From Dipteris shenzhenensis (lineage: Eukaryota), in NCBI GenBank assembly GCA_047967505.1, contig CM106538.1: a stretch of 64,000 bases of DNA; one strand, 5' to 3'. Shown in pieces: positions 13,305 through 25,331 of the stretch; the stretch's first letter is position 1; every line of letters begins with the position of its first letter. The translations under genes were made by a program, and so were the position numbers. Under the pieces are notes generated by a model, which did not search any database, was not told the DNA's origin, and saw only the letters and a program-made list of their open reading frames with translations.

Positions 13305-15770
13305 TTATGTATGCCTGGCCCTTAAGTCAACAACTACCACACTGATATTATCTTTGCTTCCCCTGCCATAGGCCAGCTTCACTAGAAGTGCAGCAGCTGA
13401 AGCAGATGCTTGGTCCTCAGGAGGGGACGCATCTCCCGAAACAGACTTCTTTGCAGCAGAGGCCAAGCATTTCCTTGCAACTTTACAAGCAAAATCGTTA
13501 CTGAGAACATCCCATAAACCATCAGTTGCCAGAATCAAGCACTCATCCTCTTCTGTCCGTTGTAGGCAGGTTACCTCAGGTTCTGACACAACGTAACGCT
13601 TCAAATAACGATCCCCTGCATTGTACATCAATAATCCACAATTGTAAAAAATCTGCAAAAACCAAGGTGGCAAAACCACTATTGCCCTGCTTTTAATAAA
13701 GCGTTTAACCTAAAAGGACGAGTACATGGATAGCCAGAAGAAAACACTAATGGCCTCCTTAACAAACTCAGCTTGACCAAATACAAACGAAAAACATGGA
13801 AGGCCCTTTGGACCAAAAAATCAACCGTGTTCCCATAATCCCATATAGCAGGGACAAAAACATAGCACAAAACATAGAAGGCCCTTTGGAACAAAAAACC
13901 AACCATCTTCCCATAATCCCTTATAGCAGGGACAAAAACATAGCACTCGGGGAATGAGAATGAACCTATTGCCCTGGACAGTGCAAGAAGGCCTCCCACT
14001 CTGTAGCCATCCCAGTATATAACACGCCCACCAGCAGCCTCGATGCGGCTAGTCTCATCATCTCTCTCTGGCTGAGCAACAACAAAGAAAGAAAATAAGA
14101 AACGTTCATGGGATCAATGAAGAAGGAGCTCAAGAGCTTCACGTATCTGAATAGCTATAAGTCACCGACTAGTTTAACCAATCTACCCATCTATTCCCAT
14201 CTATAAAGGCTAGCTTATTCCGTGCAGCTCAATTCAGAGATTGGGAAAAGGCCTGCAGTAACAGAATTCCTATACAACGAAGATAGCATACATGCTCAAG
14301 CACATGAACCTATGCGGTAGCAGAACTCCTATACAACTAAGATAGCAAACATACTCAAGCACATGATAATATGCACCTTGTGATCCTTGGAGAGGGGGAT
14401 AGTCTTCCCACGTCGTGACAGAATGGCTCTAGAATCTCCACAGTTTGCAACGATGATCTGACAGGAGCTTATCACTGCCACTGTAGCAGTTGTTCCAACA
14501 TTCTCTGGGGCAATGGCATTCCCACAGCAAGTAGAGGTGCTATCTACGTCGACACACTCGCCATTTGGACATACCCCACCTACTTCTTTGTCCATTCTGT
14601 AGAAGCATTCTGTCAGCACCTTCTCCCAATTGGAGCCAGCGTTCTCTCCTGAAATTCTAATCTCATCGGCAAGGGCCTTGTGAAGCCTCTGTACACAGTA
14701 TTTGGATGCCTGCATTTTTTGTAAAACCGTAAGCTGTAGGCATACAGGCAATTCTGAAGGGACTTTGAACAAATTCTCACCTGAGAACCGCCATGGCCAT
14801 CGTACACAGCAAAAAAGTGCAAGTCGGGAGATGTTCGAGTCTGTGGCTCCTTGTCACACGGACAGCCTCCCATCCAAGAGCCAGGGAGAACTGCAAAAGA
14901 TGGGACGATCGCAGCTGTATCTTCCATTTCTCTGCGCCTGCCACACAAGAGCAGTTTTCCACTGGGAGGGCATTTCTTAGCTCTCAAACAACGACCGAAA
15001 GAGGGTTTACTATCAGAAGCGGTGGACGAGACCCCTTCGATCACAGTATTGGGAGTAGCCTTCGGGGCTACCTCGCTTGTTTGAAGATCCTCCGGCAAGA
15101 CATCACTGGGCACAACCTCAACAACTACTTGATTGGAGAATTTGGAGACAGCTGAAGAAATCTCTGGAATGAGCTCCGAAGGCTTAACTACAGCGTGAAA
15201 AGTGCTCTCTGCTGTCTCTTGATTTTTTTCGAGTCGCTCTTTTTCTTCTACAAACGTAGTTGTGGCTTCAGCCATCCACGCCTCCCCGAAGCCTGCCGGG
15301 ACGTCCTTCGAGAGGCTGTCATGCTCCTCATTGACCACAGTAACGCAGCGGCCCTCGACTCCAGCAGCAGAACACGATGTGCTCGCCTTGCTGTTGATCT
15401 GGAGAATGCACTGCCTGCTCTTCCAGCCCTCAAGGGGAACGGACTTCGACCTGACCAGGCCAGCACCTGCTGCTGCACGCCGTGGGAGGGTATCATTGCC
15501 CAACGAGATGTGGGCGAAGACATCCTGGGTCGTGATATCAGCGAGGAACTGGCATGCGAGGGCCAAGTCTCCGTCAGTCTTGGCCTTGGAAAGGCGAGGG
15601 CGATTGTGGAGCTCACTGTCGCCGAGGCCAGTGCTGAGGGGGCGAGAGCGCTTGAGCTGCGAGCTGTGGGAGAAGGAAAAAATGGGCGTGCGTCGGGAAA
15701 CCACTGCTGCATCGAAGATGAGTCGAGCGGTGGAGGTTCCACATGAATCGGAAGCATACTCCGGATCCAT
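13305..15770 (-). CDS. PP2C: Clade A protein phosphatase 2C (ABI1/HAB-like ABA co-receptor), about 579 aa; exons 15770-14781, 14709-14377, 14071-13966, 13615-13305
   Basis: GT-AG introns join in frame (990+333+106+311 = 1740 nt). Motifs: [74 protein letters not shown] (with the clade-A ABA-sensing Trp), [11 protein letters not shown] and [12 protein letters not shown]. Confidence 0.95.
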
Positions 15771-16015
15771 GTCGCAAAGAATTCAAGCAGCAGGTTTCTG
15801 TGTCTCTCTCTCTCTCTCGTTGCACTCTTGCTTCTCTTCTCTTTCTCTGCTGGTTTCTGTTGATCTACCCTTCTTCTTCTACCTCCCGTGGGCTTTGTGT
15901 CATCGCCATCATCGGACAGGACGTGATCGGCCTTCCATCACCGAGCACTACACCTCCTCTGCTTGAGTCCTGGACGTCTCTCGCCCCAGCTGTCTTCCGA
16001 TAGCACAAGCAACAC

Positions 16016-16680
16016 CTCTCCTTCCAAGTCGCTCCTCCTCCTCCTCCTCCTCTTCTGCACCGCTTCCTCTCTACATCCTCCTCCCGCCTTCTCATCAGCC
16101 TTGTCGCTGTCTCACCCCAGCAGCAGTAGCAGCAGCGGCCGTAGCTCTCCTTCTTCCAAGTCGCTCCTCCTCTTCTGCACAGCTTCCACGCTGCATCCTA
16201 CCCCAGCACGCCTCCCGCCTTCTCATCAGCCTTGTCGCTGTCTCAAAGCAGCAGACGCAGACGCAGCAGCTTCAGCTTTAACCCCCCAAAAAAACCAACT
16301 ACTCTACAGTCCTCCTGCCTCGGAAACAGACTACAAACCCCTCTTCGCTACCCTTCTCTGCACCCTCCACGCTACATAGTTCGTACGCACCACGTCTCGA
16401 CGCCCGCCATGTGCCTCATTTCCAAAATTCCGCTACCAAACAGGCGAAGTCGCGAAGAATGAACGGCAAGTGTAAACTTCTCAAGATCCCACTGCTCTCT
16501 AAAAGGCTATGGGTAACTCACAAGCAATTCTTCGTCCTCCACGCTACATTCTACTCCAGCACGCCTTCCGTCTTCTCAGCCGGGTCGCTGTCGCAAAGCA
16601 GCACCTTTACCTCGCAAACCAGCTACTCCCAAAAACAGACTACGTCTATGCAACTTCCACGCGACAGAATACCACGTCTC
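16016..16680 (-). promoter_or_regulatory. PP2C upstream region built from degenerate direct repeats, with ABRE-core ACGTGG sites (16390-16395, 16672-16677)
   Basis: Units containing CCTTCCAAGTCGCTCCTCCTC and CCGCCTTCTCATCAGCCTTGTCGCTGTCTCA recur at about 16016-16113, 16146-16245 and, more diverged, 16530-16600. CCACGT on the plus strand is ACGTGG on the gene strand. Regulatory function is inferred. Confidence 0.45.
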
Positions 16681-17203
16681 CAAGCTCGCCATCTGCCGGA
16701 TTTCTGCCCGCTTTCCCGTATTATACTAAAAACTTTTGCTTTTCTTGTAAGTGCCGTGGAAGCCTTTGGCGGCTTCCCCTTTGCTTCATTCATTCATATT
16801 TGGCAACATCCCACAGCCTCCCTCACAATACAATTTTCTCAACCCACAGCTTGCATTTTATCAAGTTTTTCCTTTTCACATTTTGCACAACATGCCTTTC
16901 ATTTTACCACCACCTATTTTCGCATTTGAAGGTCGATTTCTACCCAAAAACAATTCTTCACACAAGAACCTGAATGGCCCAACGCATCGTTTGAATTTCA
17001 AGGTTGCATCCATCTAAAGTAGTCCTTGTGCTTGACACGTGTTTACATCAGTTGTTGACATTCATGTAAATGTAAAAGTCGAGGGTCCTTACAATGTTCA
17101 CAAGAAAACATTTTTCTCAACAAATCACAAAACTTGGGTTTCAAAATTTCGAAGGTTTCTCTTCAGAATTTGCGGATGTTTCAGCTAAAATATAACTACA
17201 TTG

Positions 17204-19249
17204 GTCGTGCCCTGGTAGCCAACCAGGTCCTCCTAGCCACGGCTTGGTATGTGGCTTCCTGTTGGTGTTTCTCGAGATCCAGCGTGGCACAGCTTAGGAG
17301 GTTGGTTCGGAACTTCCTATGGTCAGGGGAGGATGGCCTCAGAGATACCAGAGCCAGGGTTGCTTGGCAGACAGTCATTCTTCCGCAGGCTGAGGGTGGC
17401 CTGGGGGTCATCGATCCAGAGCTTCAGAGTCAAGCCCTGTTGGGCAAGCTAGTTATCCGCGGTTTGACCCTGGGGGGGCAAACGTGGAAGATGTTACTTC
17501 AGTAGGGGGTCGGTTCTTGTGTCCCGCGCCGAGGTGGAGAGTGGCTACCGTCCCTCAGGTGGATCTTCACTTCTGCCCCGCTCACTCAGCCCCGCTCCCC
17601 ACTCGTTCGTAGCCTCCTCATGGTTTGCAGGCGGCTCCACCTCAGTCTCATACAGTCCCCTCCTAGCTGCCAGGAGAAGATCGATCGCCACCCGCTTATC
17701 TAGAACGATCAGGTCAGAGATGCCGAGGGCCTTCAGTTGGGGGAGAGATCACACATCAGGTGGGACGGCTGGATGCGGGGGCTAGCCCAGTCCCTTCGAG
17801 TTTGGAGGGACACGTACAGACATTTGGAGACGGCTGATCTTGCAGACGCAGCTGGAGGTGCCCGTGGAGCCCAGGCGAGACGTACGGAGATCGACGGCGC
17901 GATTCCAGCTGATTGGTTGGTTCCACCCGAGCTTCAGATCCTCATGCCTGGTGATGACCGTTGGCTGGGACAGTTCACCCCCCGTGGCATCCCACTGGTG
18001 GTCGCAGGGCGGATGGACGACTCCTCTGTTTCCTTCTTCGCGGTTATGGGGGATGGCCGACTCAGGAGAGAGGATGTGCTCATCGACCCCCTACTCCCAT
18101 GGCAGAGGGTTCGGGTCGTAGGCCTCGTGGGGAAGGTTTGGCGGACCGATCCTAGCATAGAGCAGGATCAGCTGCAGCTTTGGCGACTCTGGCTCTGGGA
18201 GGGGCGGGCCTTGTCAGAGCTTGATTGGGACCTAGGAGAGTGGAGATGATCAGAGATTATGACAGGTTAGGGGCCGACCTCTTTCTTTGCCTACAGCACA
18301 ACATTGGGCAGGCGAGTTCTCGGGAGGATGCAGAGCCGCCCTCCCACCCAGCGGCCCAGTTGGTATGCACAGGGTATCTCCAGGTTCTTTTTGCAGGCCT
18401 TCTGGAAGGCCTTGTGGTAGAGCTGGCGGCCGCGGAAGATCTCCTACTTCCTGTGGCTTCTTGCCCACAAAGGTCTTCCAGTGGGGAGCTGGTTGCGGCA
18501 GATAGGCCAGGACGGACGTTGTCAGATCTGTCATGAGGACGAGGAGTCACCAAAACACTGCCTATGGAGTTGCACTCGCGCCCAGGAAGTGTGGACGTGG
18601 ACTTTCGGGATCCTTACTCGCGCGCAGCACCAGAGCTAGGATTGATCACTTGAGGCGCATTCTGCTGGTGCAGCATCGCACCTAGTTTTCATCACTTATT
18701 CGAGGCATGTCAGCAGGACCCCACATTCCTTATCACACAGGGGACGTGGGGGCCACTCGAGAGCATCCCGCCGCACCTGGCAGAGGCTGGCCCAGGAGCT
18801 CAGGAGAGGCAGCCAGTCTGGGAGATTATTAGCAGCATCGCAAGATGGCACATTTGGACCTCGCGCTGCGCGCAGATCCTCGGTGGCACCTCCTTATCGA
18901 CTGCCCAGATCATGACTGACATCTGGAGTGAGATTATACACACCCTCAGAGGCCAGTGGGACCAGATACAGGGGGACTCCCGGGCCGGTCGGGAGAAGCG
19001 GAGACGTTTCCTCCGGGTTTGGGACACACAGGGCCTCTTCTTCGAGCAGGCTTCGTAGGGCCTTCAGTGGCGCTACTCACCACCTCTCTGGCTGTTCATT
19101 CACACTCGCTTGATCCCTCCGTGAGAGAGAGCTTTACTTTTTGTTACCTTTTGGGCTGCGTCCAATTTGTGAACGCAGCCCGTCAGCTACAATGCTGACC
19201 TCTTGTATCTTGTTTTCGAAGTAATATAATTAGCACTGTTTTTTCGGCA

Positions 19250-19283
<34 letters not shown>
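17204..19283 (+). mobile_element. 5'-truncated L1-type LINE (ORF2 C-terminal part with zf-RVT), poly(A)+(TA)n tail, 14-bp TSD ATATAACTACATTG
   Basis: GRALVANQVLLATAWY, RNFLWSG, VAWQTVILPQAEGGLG and FLWLLAHKGLP...CQIC...HCLWSC; GC-rich block; A-tail 19249-19258; TSD at 17190-17203 and 19284-19297; in-frame stops present. Confidence 0.93.
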
Positions 19284-19289
<6 letters not shown>

Positions 19290-20469
19290 CTACATTGCTT
19301 AATATTTTGCAGATTTTACAAAATTGAGAAAATATTTTTTACATGTGAAAATGAGAATGGTTTAAGTTCATTGTATATAGTTTGCAAGTTTGGTCCTTAT
19401 CAAGTAGTACTTGACACCTGTTTAAATTAGTTTTTGACATTCATCAAGGTGTCCTTCATAAACGTGAAATGAATTTTGATTTTTTGTATTTTGTTTTCGA
19501 GGATTTGGGGCTATGGATGGCGGGGGGATAAGCGGAGGATTATGAGAGGAAATGATGTGCGATCTTTGAAGTTCAAAGATAGCCATAGAGAAATACCTCT
19601 TCCATACCGAGATTCATCTTGAAGAGAGATGCGATCTGTGCAACGGTCCTGCAATGGTTCACTCTAGCACAAAAATTCCACTTATTGTTACAATCTCCAT
19701 GTTAAAGTAGCAAGAATAAAGTAATCAACATAAGATAGAGCTGAGATTGGATAATTGAGTGTAGTTTCTTAGTATTAAATATATCTAAATTAATATGAGT
19801 TTATTAGTATTAAATATTTCTTAGTATTAAATATATATAAATTAATATGAGTTTATTTATGTAGTATTATATAGCCACACATAGTCTGGTTGAAGAGGTT
19901 GGGCGCTTCCTCTTCGAGAGCTAAAAAAACCAGGAATGGGCCCTTTCCTCATGATGTATCGATGTAATGATCCATCAGTCCATTGGTTTTGGTCCATCGG
20001 TTTGAATTGTTAAACTAGTGGAATAGCTGAGGAAAGTAGATTACCTTTTCGAATGTTTGTCACGTGATGAAAGGTATGAGCAAGCATTGTGAGACAGGAC
20101 TGATGATGTCTAGTTCGGTCCTAATCTGTGAACAAAGGATAGCATTAGAAACTTACGAATAAATATAATAAGAAATAACACAATAAGCCTACTGTATCAA
20201 TATCATGCTTCATGAACTAGGGAGCATCTAATTGACTAGATTCTTTCATAGTTTCATCTATTTACCATGACAAACAAAAATTACGCACTTCGTCTCAACA
20301 CATGCTTCATCAGATTATGTTGTCTCAAGCTAGAATGCACATTGTGTAGCGACACGACCATCTCCATGGACGTTGATTTTGCTGCCCATTCCTTTTATGT
20401 TATCTTATTGCCTACCACTGATCATGCCTGGAGCGAAGTCTATGATTCTAAGAGAGGCTGCTGGTAGCT

Positions 20470-20720
20470 TACGACAATTGGGACGTAGGCTACCTTTGTT
20501 GAATCTCGCCATATGACTTGTGTATAGTGACTACACTTCGAGGTTCTGTCCATACAAGGATTGCTCACATGTGAATAGTGCTCTTTGACCTCCACCCATG
20601 CACCCACGCCTGCACTACTGCTTCTAGACTCAAATCTCTCCATGCACTACCCACGTACATATTCTCCCTAGTGGTCCCCCCCTACCCCTAGTGTTGAATC
20701 TTGTAGTTGTCAAAACTACT
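20470..20720 (-). pseudogene. PR-1/CAP (SCP) superfamily gene fragment
   Basis: Minus-strand reading (G)ENMYVGSAW...AVVQAWV/EVKEHYSHVSNPCMDRTSKCSHYTQVIWRDSTKV matches the CAP signatures GENL and CGHYTQVVW; an 8-bp duplication shifts the frame. Confidence 0.8.
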
Positions 20721-22519
20721 CAATGGGTTGAATGGCCGGAGTATAGTGTTGTGCCTCTTACCTATAACTACTGCTTCACCAAAGTTCTTCCCTCCAGAGT
20801 TCTACCATATAAACCAATGCCTAGATAACCACCGAAGTATAACTTAGAGCACCACCCAACATTAACTTAGAGCAATGGAATTGTCATTTAAAAGAAGAGA
20901 CGAAAACATTAACCTCACTTGAAGTAACTTCGATCTTTGTATAATTTTGAACGCACCACTTCAACTCCACTCCAATAACGGAAACCATTTAGCAAGCTTT
21001 TCATGCACGTCAAACCATTCAATAACCTCCACTGCCGTTAACATGGCTGCTAAATCCAAAGTACACCCACACGACACTAGTACACAAACTACTCTGTGCG
21101 CAAATTCAATCTCAAAAGTTGGTTCTTCTTTATATGAACACGAAAGCTCCAATGACACAATTTGAAGTAGCCTCCCAACTTACTTGGTTAGCAAATTTTT
21201 AGTGTTGGCAACTTCAGGAAGCATTTCCTTGCAACACGTGGGCTTGGAATGTACTCCTCTAGGCTCGATGGAAGGAGCCCAACATCAAGTAGAGGCACCA
21301 CATAGTTTAGGTAGCACTTCTAAGGGCAAGGAGGTGACAATTCATTCCCTCATCCATGCTGATCAGGACCTTTTGTAACTCCTCTGTCTTTCCAGATCGA
21401 ACAAAGTGACCCTCGGGGCTATTGTACTCTCCTGCAACCTCATAACACTTTTGAACTTGGAAAAGACATAGAACTGATGAGTGGTAACAAGAGCCTTCAA
21501 GACAGGCGGGTCAAGCCAAGCTACTTTTTTAGGTGAACGTCGCAACTTTCTCAAACATCCAAGATGAATACACAAATTACCATCTCCTTCACGTTTTTGC
21601 CATGGAGATCTTCAAGAATAAGGGATTGTCACAACAATACTCTAAGTAGCATGTCATACTCGACGAGCTTGTCATCATCTGATACTTTGTTTAGGACCAA
21701 TTGTCGCATATGTGCTTGGTCGTAACTAGAGGCTTTATGCTTACCTTCTTGAGATCCATGTCAACCAGACTTGTTTCAAATCGATGCAACTAAAGCTCTA
21801 GCTAGAAAGGCATAGGATCATGGCAAGAGATGTAGCTCTGAGACACTAGGGAAGTGATTATCCTTTTATGAAGCTATACGTGCCATGGAAGTGATGTGCA
21901 AAATAAAAGGAAGTGATAAGAGGCGTGCCTCTGGAACTTTTCTCGTCTCTTGGGCATTCTCTCTTTCCCTCACACGGAGGTTGATCAAGCTGGCTTCCTA
22001 TGACCTTAGATTGAGAGGGTCATCAAGGCTTCCTACAAGTTGGCTAGGTGTTAAAGAAATCTGTGTTGATGCTAGTATGCCAATCACTCCAACCGCTCGA
22101 ATCTCTAGCGTTGGATTCACTTAGGACCAGAGCAACTAGAAAGAAACTTATCGAATGGCTGAGATAGCATCCAAAGAGCAACAAGCTGCAGTAGCGAATC
22201 TCCGAGATACCAAGCTTGGCTATGGTGGCAAGTGTTAATAATTCCTAGTAAGCTCACAGCAATCGCTTGCTCTTGCCCAATGTAGCAAACCGTCTGGCGG
22301 CTTGACGCTCGCTTGACAAAAGTGGCTATGCATCTGCATCCATATTGGATGCCTTATAGCACATCGATTCTTGCCTTTCCATGCAAGGGGCTATTGCTCA
22401 AAAGCAGCTCGAAGCTTCAACTACCAGAAACAGTTTCTTCTCGTGTGAAAAGCTGGGGTGACTTGGAGATTGCAAATTTGGAGCCAAGGCTTTAATTGAA
22501 AGTGCAGGTGCCAAGTGGC

Positions 22520-22871
22520 TGAGAAAACATGTGTGCCTCAAGACCTATGGAGCACTCTAAGGTGGATGGAACCTGTGTGGAAACATGATGAAGAGAGTGC
22601 TCATGACATGTACCTCAAGTCAATTAGGTTCCAAGATAGATTAGCTTGGACTCATTTCTCTACTCAACAATACATGATAGGCCTCTTATATAGAGAGTGC
22701 CCTTGGAATAGTCAACACTTGTGGGATCCTCTGATCCACATCTCTTCTTGTGGATATCCTTGATCCACATCTCCACATCATGTAGTCCACATCTTAGGGT
22801 GGCTACTTTAATACATTCCTATACCATACCTTAGCCTTTAATCTATGTGCTCATGGCACCATATCTCAACA
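22520..22871 (-). repeat. 3' LTR of the young element
   Basis: 351/352 identical to 24980-25331; adjacent to the PPT. Confidence 0.95.
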
Positions 22872-24979
22872 CCTCCCCTTGGTGCCATGATCCTTTGGCT
22901 ACTGCAAGGTGGTCAGATGTGAGTTAAATTCCATCACCTCCCCTTAGTGCATACATTGCTACTTAAGGTGGTCAAGTGTGGGTATTACAAGATCAAATGC
23001 TCCCCTGGGTGTTTACATGGCTACTCTCAGGTGGTCAGGTTTGATTTACAAAACATATGGGCTGAAGGTGGCAAGGATGTTGCTTCTCAATACATGTTGT
23101 TGATGTCGTTGTCTTCTTCACTTGATGTAGCTTGATGCATGATGCTTTATGTGTGGATGCCACGTTCTATGCTATGGTCATCTCATGCACTTGTGCTTTT
23201 GGCATGCTTTGTGCATTCATGCTTTGATTTGTCATTTGTTGCAAAGGTTTTACCAATTGATTTCTTTTAATATTGGTAGTGTCTAATTACTAACAATGAT
23301 TTTGATTTGACAGGCACATAGATCTCAAAAAGACGATCACTTTTCATTTTTGGAGTGCGTGCGAATTCTTCCTGGATTGGAAGTTACGGCTTGTTGAAGA
23401 TTTTATTTGAGAAGAGGCTTTTGATGATGATGTGGCACAGGGATTCATATGTTGAATTCGAAATTGTGCTTGGTAGGGGCTATGTTCTTAGGTAGCACTT
23501 ATGCCACATGGTAATCTTCAATCCCAAATGAGTTTATCCAAGTTAAAAACAAACCTAACCATGGTCACTTCATATCTTGACACGTGTCATGGATGACATG
23601 GCAAATAAGGGTGGGGTAACTTAACCCAGAGGTCATGTTGACTGGCTTATCTGCCACATGTCAATGCATTGACCACTAACCAAACCTAGCCTTATTTATC
23701 TAACTAGCCCTATCTACCTGTGTCAAGTCAACCTTTTTGAAGGAAACTTGTTTGTAACAGGGACGTCGGGGCGACGACAATGATGAGTTACAATGACCCT
23801 ACTGTCAAGATCTCCATGCTTGTAAAGTCTCGAGCGCTACGAGCACTGTTGGAGTAGCAGGAACGTAAGGTCTAGAAGAGCTTGGGAGCGCAATTACGCT
23901 TGGAGATGCTACTTGTTGACGAAAGCTTGTAGGTGGTCGTTGGCTATGGCGTTGTGGCTCGTTGGAGCCAATAGTCGAGAGTCTTGGAGCCTTGGAGTGC
24001 CTTTGCTACATAGCTGAAGTTCTGCTACTGAAGGTTGTGGAGAGGCGTCACTCGCTGAAGCTGCTATGAGATAGTTGATGGGCATAGCTTTGTTGCAATT
24101 CTATGGGACTTGGAGCAATGGAGGTGCCCGTGCGTCCACGGTCACATGTAGTTGGCGCTAAGCTTTGCGGGCTAGAGGTGCCTCTGTTGTGGGACAAAGC
24201 ATGGGCGTCGATGGAGCTAGGCTAAGCCTTCCCGGGTCATAGAAGCTAGCTGTGTAGCCGCCCATTGTTGGAGAGGTCGTTGCAGGAGGTGGAGCTTATA
24301 GAAGGGCTTATACGTTTGGTGGTTGTTGTAGAGGCAGTCCGTGTAGATACTGCTCACGCGTCATAGATGGAGGTCGTGACTAGCGGTCTGTAGGACTTAG
24401 AGGCTTCAAGGTCATCTCGTGAGGCAGATGGAGTAGCACTTGGCTCGTTGAGGTGGCTTGTGGATGGCATTGCACCTTTGGAGGAGAGGCTATAAAAGGG
24501 CCATCGAGCATGAAGGAGCAGCCAGTCTTGGCTGTTTTTGGCTTTTGATGCCCAAAGCAAGGGATAGCACTGCTCACGGGTGTTGATGGCATCGCGGGAG
24601 CCATTGTTCGTCTTAGTAAGTTGACGGCTTCTGATGTTGCTGAGCTCGCTGCTCGCTTGCTTGCTTGATTGGTGGCTGCTAGTGTTGTAGGTGCTTTGCT
24701 AGTAGCACTGCTTGCTTGTTGAAGTTGTCAAAGTCTGCCGCTTTGTTTGTGAGGCAAGCTTTGTGTAGATAGGCGATGAATCCCTCTCCCTCTTTTGAGA
24801 AGTATAGGACAAAACTATCTCTCTCTCCCTAAGAAGAAGAAGAACTCCTCACGAATCTCTCAATCATGAAGAGAACATAAATCTCTCACTCTAAAACTAA
24901 AACCAACCTGGGAGAACTCATGAGTTCCTAAGGCGTGCATATAACTAATCTAGGATACTAGACCTAAGCTCTGATACAA

Positions 24980-25331
24980 TGAGAAAACATGTGTGCCTCA
25001 GGACCTATGGAGCACTCTAAGGTGGATGGAACCTGTGTGGAAACATGATGAAGAGAGTGCTCATGACATGTACCTCAAGTCAATTAGGTTCCAAGATAGA
25101 TTAGCTTGGACTCATTTCTCTACTCAACAATACATGATAGGCCTCTTATATAGAGAGTGCCCTTGGAATAGTCAACACTTGTGGGATCCTCTGATCCACA
25201 TCTCTTCTTGTGGATATCCTTGATCCACATCTCCACATCATGTAGTCCACATCTTAGGGTGGCTACTTTAATACATTCCTATACCATACCTTAGCCTTTA
25301 ATCTATGTGCTCATGGCACCATATCTCAACA
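24980..25331 (-). repeat. 5' LTR of the young element
   Basis: 351/352 identical to 22520-22871; adjacent to the PBS. Confidence 0.95.

Larger units (their letters stand above)
22520..25331 (-). mobile_element. Young non-autonomous LTR retrotransposon (2812 bp) with 352-bp LTRs, Met-type PBS, PPT and 5-bp TSD
   Basis: LTRs 22520-22871 and 24980-25331 (TG...CA) differ at one base (22541 A / 25001 G). PBS TTGTATCAGAGC on minus at 24979-24968; PPT AAGGGGAGG at 22880-22872; flanks GTGGC / GTGAC. No recognisable gag/pol motifs inside. Confidence 0.95.

Noticed and set aside
15195-16973. Several long plus-strand ORFs (up to 234 aa) over and upstream of PP2C
   Set aside because: They are antisense shadows of a GC-rich exon or low-complexity repeat-derived frames with no recognisable motifs.
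20800-22519. Possible Gypsy gag/protease remnant on the minus strand hosting the young LTR element
   Set aside because: Too degenerate to support a family call by eye.
22515-22763. Duplicated 76-82 aa ORF (also at 24993-25223)
   Set aside because: A chance ORF inside the two LTR copies, not a gene duplication.
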